NCBI RefSeq assembly: GCF_023055435.1
Contig: NW_025963890.1
Location: 7,378,001 to 7,442,000 of the forward strand
Length of the DNA: 64,000 nt
Reading direction: 5' to 3'
Source of the DNA: Haliotis rufescens
Taxonomy: Eukaryota
The notes under the pieces were generated by a model, which did no database searches, had not been told where the DNA came from, and was given only the letters and a program-made list of their open reading frames with translations. Shown piece after piece: positions 53,376 through 64,000 of the stretch. Position numbers and translations under genes: made by a program. Position 1 is the first letter of the stretch. Every line of letters begins with the position of its first letter.

Positions 53376-53529
53376 CTGAAAAACAACAAAAATATATCAA
53401 TCACTTGAATAACTGTCCCAGGTAAGACTTACATGTGTCTTTGATCAAAACACCTAAACCTAAAATCTGAGTGAGTGAGTGAGCGAGCGAGCAAGTTTGG
53501 TTTAACGCCACTTTTAACAGTATTCCAGT

Positions 53530-53692
53530 TACAGTAAACTACGGTTATAACGAACACGCATATAACGAACTTACTATTTTGGTCCCGAACATTTGCTGTT
53601 GTTATGCTGTATATATGCTTATAACGAACTACGGATATAACGAACTAAAATTAGTAGTCCCTTTGAGTTCGTTATAACCGTACTTTACTGTA
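53530..53692. mobile_element. TA-flanked MITE nested in a family B SINE
   Basis: TIRs tacagtaaactacggttataacgaac / gttcgttataaccgtactttactgta; second copy at about 47078-47245. Confidence 0.8.
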
Positions 53693-55947
53693 TATCACTG
53701 CATGTCAGCTTAATGTGGGAGAAAAGCCCGACGTGATGCAGGTCTTAGACGTTTACCACTTTGGTGAAACCCACGAGCACATTATCGGGGTGAACCGGGA
53801 TTCGAACCCACAATCATAGGTTTCTGGCGTGCCTAAGGGATGCAACTCTGCACAGCGAATTGCGGCACCTTAGACGACTGGGCCACCCGTGCCCCCCACC
53901 TAAAATATGAAATCAAGGACCCTCTTCTGTAAATTGATACATCACGGTATCATTAATTGTAAATAGTTAATAGTTATTTCCTTGAAAATGTTGAAATTAG
54001 ATAATAAATAAGTGAGCAAATGTAGTTTAAAGCTGCAGTCAGTAATATTGAAGCAAATTCATAGCAGATTGTAAATGATCAACTGTGGGCAAGTCAAGAC
54101 AGTACTGGTCAAACTGGTCAGGAAGAAAAATGAAGTGAAAATGATCATGGAAAAGTCAACATAGACACAAGAAATATCAAAATGTTCATGACTGACTTTT
54201 AGTTCTATATATTCAATACTTTTTGTATTTCAAATAATAAATAATTATGTTTCAAGTTGTTTATCTAGATTGAGAACCTTGCTAATCCATACAGCTTTTT
54301 TTGGCTTGTGGATTGCTTAGCACCTAAGAACCGTATACATATAAACACATATCAGTGACAGTGAGATCTATCTGCAGTAAACACAGAAGTAATGAGACCT
54401 GCATTGTGACCTCAATATGAACACGTTGCGCAGTCCAAATTGTAGTATGTGTTATGAGTGTGCTTTGGCACAACAAATGTACATGTTACACTGCTCAGCT
54501 ACCAGTATTCTAAACACTGGTATGTGAGCAGTGTCAGTAGCCCAAGTAAATGTGCACAGAAGCAATCCTCGCATAAGAGTGGCAATGTCCCTATGGTCAC
54601 CAGTATTGTGGGTGTGGCTGACAGGTGCGTAAATACATATTTCACAGGTACCCTGTACCCAAAAGCATACTGACAAAAATATTAGAATCATCCCAATGAT
54701 AAAGAACACCTGATTTTCACAAATGCATCTGCACAATTTCAACGTATCTGTATCTATTTATTGTTTTATTACTAGATGCCACAAATATTAGCCAGAGCTA
54801 AGGTTGGAAAGTTAATTATCATATTGGAATTACTTGGCTTAAAGACAAGGTACTGCACTGTAGTAATGACTGTATAAAGTAGACTGCATTCTATCTACTG
54901 GTGTGCACATGACGTTTGTTTAACGCTTCTCTAAGCAATATTTCAGCTATATAAAAATCGGGTCTGTAAAAAATATTTGGACCAGACAATCCAGTGATTG
55001 ACATCATGAGCATCAATCCACACAATTTGGATATGACATGCATCAACCAAGTCAGCTAGTCTGATCACCCTATCATGTTAGTCGCCACTTCCAACAAGCT
55101 TGGGTTACTGAAGGCCATTTCTAACCCAGATCTCCACAGGGATTAGATAATTCTTAAAGTGTGTTATGAAAGTGAGGATTGTTTTCATGTATGTGAAGTG
55201 AATGACAGTTGATGACACCATTCAATACATCAGATAAGGATTTGTAAAACACACTAATGATTTTATTATCAACTATGCAATAATTTCACATCATTGACAT
55301 GGTGAGAACTAAACTCAAAAGCTTTACTTGGTAACAAAAATATGCCCTTGTAATGTTAACAATGGAGAAAACTGAACATTAGTACTTGTCTGCATGAATT
55401 TGTACTAGCTCCGAAAAAGTTAACTTATATAGTGTTTATACATTAAAACATGTCCTTTTCAATGTGGGTGCTTTTTAGATTTCTATAATACTTCTGACCC
55501 TTGGCAATTTTGACTTGCTGGCACTGTATATCCAGATATTTAGGGCCTGCAAACAAAACATCGCTAACTGGTGTATTTTCAGCGCATTTGAGACCTGTCA
55601 TTGAAAACATTCCCGATTTGTTTCTAAAAAAATGAATTGGCAATGATTATTACTCTACATATGACTTTACCCAACTACATGTGGCCCACTTGAGTACTTA
55701 GCCCTTACAGATTTGACGCAAGTTGTTCTTTGCTCTTCCTAAACTAATGATAAACATGTGCAAAGGCATGAAGAGTTCGTCATAATCCACGGCATATCTC
55801 TCGCATAACGAAGCATCTACTTGATAATATCTACACAGTGGTTTTGACTTTAATTGTTGTATATGGCTGGACAATATAGTTCTAAAAAATCTCTTTATTT
55901 GTGGTTTATTTTGATAATATGTCTTGATGCCAACGATATGCACTAAC

Positions 55948-55974
55948 CCTCGGCAATGGCGGCGACGGAAAAGG
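55948..55974 (-). promoter_or_regulatory. RPS7: RPS7 non-coding exon 1 with 5' TOP/TCT initiator and YY1-like motif
   Basis: Minus strand CCTTTTCCGTCGCCGCCATTGCCGAGG|gttagt: pyrimidine-tract start typical of ribosomal protein genes, followed by a donor. Confidence 0.8.
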
Positions 55975-56402
55975 CCTGATTTTAGCAGGTGCGCAGTGAA
56001 TGGGAGTTCCGCTTGACGAGTAATGTAGCATCAATATTAATGCTTTATTGTATGAAATAAAATTTCATTGACACAGAAATTGTACAATTATAACCAAGTT
56101 CTAAGGCCCTACATGATTTGTCACAAATACATTTACTCATACCGCATATAATCAAATAATATTTTCCATACCACATCATCGCTACATAGATCGATGTATA
56201 TAAACCATTTTCCCTTAAAAAAATGATATATCTGTGCCATATGACATATATGTCATTTTTACATTTCATAATGTGTTAGTTCTCTCAAAATATCTCCAAA
56301 AATCAATATGGGAATCTAATATGTAAATGGTACAAAAATAATTCGCAGCAAAGAAAGTAAGTTGATAAGACAGCACCACGGGACAGAAGCTGTCTGCTAC
56401 GA

Positions 56403-56527
56403 ATGTCCTCGTGGACGCGAACTTTCGTTGTGGGCATAAACATCGCGACTAAAACTTACAATTTCCTTAGGAATAGTATGTTCTATGCTGTTAGAGTTGG
56501 TAGAAATCCAGGAATATACAGAACATG
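56403..56527 (+). CDS. RNASEH1: Ribonuclease H1, exon 1 (putative mitochondrial presequence and start of the hybrid-binding domain)
   Basis: MSSWTRTFVVGINIATKTYNFLRNS-MFYAVRVGRNPGIYRTW; TG|gtaata, phase 2; not in the ORF track. Confidence 0.9.
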
Positions 56528-57937
56528 GTAATAGACGTTTTGTGACATGATTCAATAAGTCTGAAGTAGCCAAGTAAACTCGAACACAATATCGAAAGCA
56601 GGAAATATTTTAGGAAATACCGAAATTCGATCATTCATACGTCAGACGTTGGCTCAGAACGAGAAGGGTCTTGGGCCTACAAGATCAAACAACGGTAACA
56701 GTAGCTTTCGTTCCCTCCATGAAATATAATGTTTTGACACTTTCAGAAAAGTATGCAAATAAGTTACCTGTGCAAACTTTACCCCCTAGTGGGCTAGTGT
56801 GAAATGTATAGCGTAGGCGTTAGCTATATCAAGCACAGGTCAGCGTGCACTAGAAAGGGAAATGTGATACACTTCTTGGCGCCAAAGGAGAGAGGAAGGG
56901 AAAGGAACTACTGCACTCGGACTACATACATTTGTTGTGTATTGTTTGTATTACAGCTCGTAACTTTTGTTTGTTTGTTACAATTCCTTGCACGGGAATT
57001 TCAAGGGTGTGAAATATGGACAAGGCGAGATCGGTATAGGGGAGATAATCGGGATTTTTTTGATGACACTACATGTGCTTGGGTGTGGTTTCCTATTTTG
57101 GATACTAACAGTTGTGTTTGACAGAAACTTATGAGAATGTTATGATGTATTGTTATGAATATTGCTTACAGAACCCGTACCTTGGAAAATAAAGGTTCTC
57201 ATGTGGATGTGTATGCGATGCCATCTGGGTACCTTTACTAATGACACATTTTAGTGTTAATTATGAACTGTCATAGGCTATCATCATGTTATATACATAA
57301 ACTTAATAAAATCATGAATGTCAAATATAAAAAGAATTTGAAACTCTGCTGATGAATATATTATTTTAGAATTTACCAATGCCTCATAGTTTTGTTAGGA
57401 TGCTCAATAGGTAATAGACCATGACCCAAACAAGATTGATAAAGAATTGAAATGATATATTCGAGACTACACAAACCAAATTGAATGAAAAATAATCATA
57501 AAATAGTTTGAAAAATATAAATTCTAAAATTGCGAACCTGCAGATGATGCACAGCTAAAAATTGGTCATTGCTATATACTTTTAGCATGTTTAGACTAAA
57601 TTATTTTCATCCAAATACACATCACATTAGCATGATTTTCAAGATCATGATATTATATTATTAATAGAAATATTATGCATTAAGCAATTTAAAGAAGTAG
57701 AGGCAGATGTGAGGTTTTGTTGCAGGTATGGAACTGAGCCTTCTTTGTTCAACTATTGATAATACTTTTTTTGTATGTCTTTCATCGAACAGCTAGGCAC
57801 ACAGATTGCATAAAGTAAGTTGGAAAGGCAGCTGATGTATTTTTGTCAAATATTTCTGAACACATGTTACCCGTTAGCCTTGTGGTCACAGAGTGGACAA
57901 AGCAATCTTTGTGTAGCATTGATCATTCATGTTTCAG

Positions 57938-58029
57938 GTTGGAGTGTAAGGCGCAAGTATCTGAATTTCCCTGTGCAAGATACAAAAAATTTGCAACTGA
58001 GGATCTAGCCTGGGATTTTGTGAATTCAG
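57938..58029 (+). CDS. RNASEH1: RNase H1 exon 2
   Basis: [28 protein letters not shown] completes the hybrid-binding domain. Confidence 0.95.
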
Positions 58030-59403
58030 GTGAGCAGAATTGGTAATCGAATTGCTTCATAAATTAAACTTAGATATTTTATTGAATGAGTGTTGTTCAA
58101 CAGTGTTCTTTCATGCATAACGTAAAATCATTTGGTTTGTCAGCTTTGAAATGTATTATTTTCAGCACTAGAATACAAACTAGTGCACTCAAGAAAATAC
58201 TAGTGTCCACTAGTAGTGCAGATATCAAATATTTGAAAAAAAACCACATGAAAATGTCCTAATGCCCTTTGTATTTGTCAAAAGCACTAGCCATGCTTCA
58301 GCTCTACCTAACAATAGGAGATAATTGAAATTGTTCTCAATGATTAGTGTTTACCTAATGATGCTGATCAAGTCATTATTATGTTGACAAATGTACTGAG
58401 TTTTTGTCAGTATGGACAATAAAAATCAGTTGTTTAGCATATATGTCCATACTTTAATTGGCATTCTAGGAGTTGATCTAATTAATCACAAATACTGGTA
58501 TGGATGTAGCGGCTTGTTTTTTACATTTTATGGGATATTTTGGGCAGATTATTAAGCCAACATTTAAGGGACTGTCCAGCTTCAAAGTGTATTTACAGGA
58601 TGGGATGTTTATGCATAAATTACAATAGGACTATGGCTTTGACTACAAAGGGAAGCCTGTTTGTACATACCCAGAAGCCATATCCTTTGGTAATCTAATG
58701 TGTACACACCACACCCTGTATATATATATATATACTCCTACCTGGACAGTGTCTCTTTTGTTTGACAAAGCACTAGTCTCTGGTTTCTGCACAGAAATGT
58801 TATATATCCTGTAAATAAAGAATTGTAATCTCTGTCATTGCTTTTTATTAACTCAACTGGTCTAAGACCAGGAAAACTATCACATCCATTGTCAGAATGT
58901 CCTTCTGTAGCTTCATTTTAGATCTTCACAGTTTTCAACCAACCCACTGACAAATGATACTGAAACTGGACATTTCATCTCACCACCAGTGTTTCATAAG
59001 ATTGTGATTTGTTTGTTTTTTAATCCAAACTGCAGTCATTAGTGCATGTATTTGGTATAATAGGATTTTTTATTCTGCTATATTCATGTTTCTTATACAC
59101 ATGTATGTAGAGTAATTTTGTGAAACAAATGGCTTTGGGACATTTTCATGATATTATCAACTTTTGATAGGATATCTTTATTATCATCACCATATGACCC
59201 TTAGGACATTTAGGATGACAATCAGTCAATGTCCTGGGAAATGAACCCATCTGAAATCCTGATGTGTATATGTTATTATAAATTGGAAAGTTTCCAAATC
59301 ATGACATGTCACACAAGGTCTTTTTTATTTATTTTTTGTCTTTGTTTGTAAAATGATCCAAGCTAGAATGCTTTCATTACTTCCTTCTTCCATTTTTTCC
59401 CAG

Positions 59404-59673
59404 GTGAAAGTACCTTCTCTCATCACATTTTTCCTGTACCAAGTATGGCAGACTCAACAGCTTCTTTGAATGCAGTTCGCAAAACAGCCAAGAAATTACA
59501 GAGTCAGCATGAAGTGATGTTATCAACCTATGGGACACTGTGTGAGCAGATTGATTCCCTAGAAGAAGCACAAGGGGGGTCCAGCCTTAAGCGATCCAGC
59601 TCTGATGGACCATCGGACAAGGGAAGCAAGAAACTCAAAACTGAAGACTCCTCTGATGCTACCGGCTGGTCTG
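59404..59673 (+). CDS. RNASEH1: RNase H1 exon 3 (connector)
   Basis: Strong acceptor ttttttcccag; open phase 1 to 1; donor G|gtgggt. Confidence 0.75.
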
Positions 59674-60189
59674 GTGGGTGCAGTTTGGTTCATTTGTAAA
59701 TTTGAAACATGACATAATTTGTTTCTTACCTTTGGACATGTGAGTCTCTAGTGTTTCTATCTTTATCATGTTGACACTAATCTGAAGACCGAGTACATTC
59801 TGTTCGATCTTTGCTGATAAATGTCATATGATAACACTGAAACAGACCATAAATGATGCTAAGTTTGGCCTAGTGAACTCAAATGATTTTGGCACATACT
59901 GTTAATACACTGTTTGAAATTGAGAGAAAGTCACTTTGTCAATGTCATAGACTAAATGTTCAAATTGATCAAGTTAGTGGGTGCTTAACTTCAAATACAT
60001 GTAGTATGGCTAAAATCATCAGAGATTCCAGGAGCCTTCTGAATTTCTTACACTGTTCAGCTTGTGTGGGTAGGTGCTATTGGTAAAGTAAACTCTTTCT
60101 ACTGAGTTGTAGAGAATACACATTATTTTTATGTTATTTTGCATAAGCTACTTCCGCATTCTTTGCACATTTTACAACACTAATTTGCG

Positions 60190-63160
60190 GTGAGGATGGG
60201 TACTGAACATGGATAAAATTTGTCTACATTGCCGTCGTACTTAGACCATGGGCCACTGCTGATCCTCACAACCATTTGGTGTGATTGCCGTGGCTGACTC
60301 TGCTGAGCGATCATTGTCTCAATATCACTCCCCTTCTACAAGTTAATCGGATTGTCGAAAAGTCGGGATCCTTCCCTTTCCTACAACTCCAACCATCAGC
60401 GACAAGACTTTCAGCGTTTGTCCCCGGACCACCTTCAGCACAGCGAATACAAGGATCGTCCACACAGCTGGGATTGATACCCCACACATCTGGATCCATA
60501 TCATCATATGTTCGATTACCATATGTTCGATTTTAACCGGTTGATCGACTCCCTGAACTTCCAAATCAGAGCGACACACATTCCTGGAATCAACTGTGTC
60601 ATAGCTGACTCTCTCTCCCAACCAGACCAACCCTCTCCAACGGAATAGCATCTCCACCTGACAAATTGTCCAGTGGATTTGCCAACTTTACACAAGCCAA
60701 GACATCAACCTCTCTGCAACCGGGTTCAACGCTCAGCCATCTTGGTCATGTCACTCTGGCCATGTCGTGGAAGAACCTAATGTCTAAACCTTTACCCAAC
60801 CCTCATTCCACCTCAGGTAATTCAGAAGGCCAACCACCGCTTTTATAGCTGGTATAGATGGCAGAAAAAAAGTCACACCGTCTGCCTCTGCAGGACGATC
60901 TTCTGCTCCAGCCTCACTCTCACCTACTGCATCCATCACCTGAAACCCTCCCATCTTTGTGTTTGGCACACCTCCAGAAGTCCCTTGTCGCCAAAGGGTA
61001 TTTGTCTATGCAAAGAGAGTAGCCAAGACTATCACTGAGGCTCACCGTTCCCCCACTAAAGCCTTTAACGACTATTAGTGGAAAGCGTTCAAAGCCTACT
61101 GTTGTGCTTGTGACGTCTTCTAGATCTCAACAGGTTCGGAGTATCTGCATCATCAATCGGCGCTCTACTCTGAAGCTTCAAAATTCTACTTTGGCTACTT
61201 ATCTCACTGCAATCAACTCTGTCATTGTCACTACGACCAGATGAAAGATCACCACAGTCCTTAAATCAAGCCCTGATTTGCTAGGAAAGGACTTTAAGCT
61301 GATCCCCCCTAAGACAGTATTACTCCTGGCCCCTGCCACTGCTGCTAGAGTCAGTGAAATCCATGCTCTCATCATTAACATGGTCAAGTTTGAGAGAATA
61401 CAGAATGGGAAGGTCTTTCTGTGCCTTCGCTGGGACTGTATCGCGAAGAATAAGCTTGCGGGACACCCAGACCACTCATTTGCATCCATCCTGAACCCAG
61501 ATTACCTTGAAGTCACAACCTTATGCCTGGTTAGAGAGTATCTACCTTGAGGCTAAATGGCCACTTCGGCTCGCCCGTAAGAGACTCTTCATCCCCACGT
61601 CAACAGCGGCCACCACTGAAGCCCCCTGTACTACAGTTTGCTTTTGGCTTTATTCGACTATCCTGCAGGCCTACGCCTTCGCTGGATTGCCACTGCCTGT
61701 GACATCAAATCCTCATGAGACTAGAGCCATCGCCTCTACCATGGCCTGACACAGGAATTGCACCCTGTCTGTCATCATGGAGGGTTGTTTTGGGAAATCT
61801 GATACTGTCTTCACTTCCCGCTATCTCTGTGACATCTCCATCACCAACATGCAGGGCCTCCACCAGTTTGGTTCGTTGGTCCTGGCGCAACAATTTATGA
61901 CCGCACACTAGGCCAGATAGACGATACTGGTATTGGTGCCTGCTATCCGGTACTCTGTATCCTGTATATACAGTATAAATATTAGAATTGTCGCTCCTGT
62001 GTTTATTGTCTTAATAATTTTGGTTCCTAAACTGAGTACCCAGTGGAGGTCGAGCATCCTCGTCTGTAGAGACTCCGGTAGAATTTGCCCAAGGCGTGAC
62101 CATTTTGGCGGTGTCCCATTCCCTTACCCACTCACCTCTGCTTAAAGAATGTGATGTTTTGATATGGGTTTGAAGATCCTCTTGTGGATGTTGTCGATCC
62201 TTCCTCTTCTCGCATCTTAACATGCTTCAATCCCGCAGGCATGGTTGATAGCTTTGAAGAAGCGGTAAAGGAGATACCAAGCTGCCCCACCCTATTGGCC
62301 GTCGGGGATAGTGGTGTTATCTGTGATGTAGAACCGATTTCCTGGAGACCCCTTCCAGAGCACTTATAAGTCATACGCTGAATTGAATCCTATCCAAGCA
62401 ATTCTGTCGTTCTTTTAACGATATCCTACTTGAAAACATGTAACACGTCTTCTATCCAATTTCAGGTTGTTACGTCTGATTAAAATAAAGGGGCTATATC
62501 ACCTGTTAAGGTGTTTTTACCAGCTCACGAGTTTGTGTCTTATGACACTCGGCAGTGTTATAGATTCTCTTATTGGTATATCTGTTTAACACCGGCTACC
62601 TCATGTCTGTCTCACGGTTGTAGTCTCTACAGGGTAGGGTATCTGTGCCCCACAGTCCAACTGTGGGATTAATGCATTTATAAGATGGGATAAGTGTTAA
62701 AACTTGTAAATTTTACATTAAATTGTATATTTATATAGTTAGCCTATTTCACATGCTATATGCCCGCCCGACCATTACCCACATAACAGCTCCTCTTGCC
62801 TGTCGGCTCTAAGAAAGAGAATGGTGTGGCAGGGGTAATCAGGTGATCAGATCGTGTAAGGTCAAAATGTACAGGATTACAGGGGGCGGTCGGGTAGCCT
62901 AGTGGTTAAAGGGTTCGATTCCCGACATGGGTACAATGTGTGAAGCCCATTTCTGGTGTCCCCCGCCCTGATGTTGCTGGAATATTGCTAAAAGCGGCTT
63001 AAAACCATACTCACTCACACTCACTCACAGGATTACAGTGCGTGACCCGTTTGTTGTGGTAGTGACTATGGTGTTCTGGGATGGGTTTTTTTAAGCTGGA
63101 AAATTTGTTCAATGCATTGTGTGAGATAGGATGTGTATATAAATAGAATATATACTCGGA
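60190..63160 (+). mobile_element. Decayed DIRS-type tyrosine-recombinase retrotransposon in an RNASEH1 intron
   Basis: RNase H remnant HIPGINCVIADSLS (about 60576-60617); YR motifs LLLAPATAARVSEIHAL and PHETRAIAST; inverted terminal-type segments at about 62720-62760 and 63115-63155; boundaries approximate. Confidence 0.8.
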
Positions 63161-63672
63161 CCCGTGGTACTGCGGCTTTCATCGTATCTCGGCATTTGTG
63201 GTTTCTGGTAGTTCATGCGGGACACATATCCTAGCAGCCATTTACTAATGCAAATTAGTAACCAGGAAGTGCTTGTTACATAAATAATTTCAATTTCTGC
63301 AGAATGTTCCGTCTACAGTAAGGATTTATTAACATGTTGATACTTACTTCCGACATCTTTTTAATATTGCCTTAGCCCCATATATCTATGGACTATGATA
63401 TAACACACAGTTTACCAAGTGAATGCAAGGCCCGGTTTTCACTTGGCGCGACTTATGTAAATAATGAACTTTTATCGGTAAAATATGCATTGTTAGATAA
63501 AATAAATGACATCTGATATAGAGAACATGAATATTCCATAAAGGTTAGTGAGTGTGTTTTGTTCCGTGTAGCGTACATGACAAGTACCGCGATACCCTGA
63601 GGTTGCCGGCTTAAATTTAGTGTAAAATTTATATTTCAGTGAATATTAAATATAGTTTTCTCCATAAACCAG

Positions 63673-63790
63673 GTACTCCATTCACCGACTCCAGTGCTCC
63701 CTCAGTCTACACTGACGGGGCATGTTTCAACAATGGAAAGAAAGGAGCAGTGGCTGGGATAGGGGTTTTCTGGGGCCCGGGACACAAGAA
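63673..63790 (+). CDS. RNASEH1: RNase H1 exon 4 (start of the catalytic domain); the gene continues beyond the window
   Basis: [27 protein letters not shown]; donor |gtaagt. Confidence 0.95.
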
Positions 63791-64000
63791 GTAAGTCCAC
63801 AATAACTGTTGAGTGTGTGGATGGTTTTCATACAATCCTGGGACCCGTGAAGATTCCGGGGTAGAATAGGTTTTCAGCAACCCATACTTGCCGTAAAAGG
63901 CAACTATGCTTGTCGTAAAAGGCGACTACCGGGATCAGGTGGTCAGGCTCGCTGACTTGGTTGATACATGTCATCGATCCCAATTGCATGGATCGATGCT

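Noticed and set aside
48684-55947. U17/snR30 snoRNA, which is hosted in RPS7 introns of some vertebrates
   Set aside because: I found no matched m1 (AUAUUCCUA) and m2 (AAACCAU) pair before an ACA box, only a partial m1-like string near 48895
58862-59010. Possible extra RNase H1 exon
   Set aside because: Candidate acceptors hit stops in the required phase, and exon 2 joins exon 3 in frame without it

Overview
Eukaryotic (animal) genomic DNA, AT-rich and dense in repeats. The SINE and retroelement repertoire suggests a mollusc, possibly a gastropod such as abalone; this is inference only. Genes I reconstructed by hand from splice phases, left to right: (1) a single-coding-exon ankyrin-repeat/SOCS-box gene (8245-9456, +); (2) an unrecognised 4-exon coiled-coil gene with a GC-AG intron (14780-16569, +, 266 aa); (3) PEX13 (18305-24602, +, 429 aa); (4) a tandem cluster of three two-exon genes for small secreted peptide precursors that I cannot assign to a known family (30164-45812, -); (5) RPS7 (48604-55974, -, 193 aa); (6) the 5' part of RNASEH1 (56403 to beyond the window end, +), head-to-head with RPS7. 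The best candidate for a new system is the peptide cluster. Each gene has a 70-nt signal-peptide exon, a phase-1 intron, dibasic cleavage sites and a conserved C-terminal SLxLLRxWC-x13-CF module. In one paralog a 45-bp segment has been amplified 7 times in frame, giving a KR-punctuated multi-peptide precursor. The rest of the window is mostly at least four SINE families, hAT and Tc1 elements and MITEs, a decayed DIRS element, Penelope-like RT relics and a 3-kb 42-bp minisatellite.
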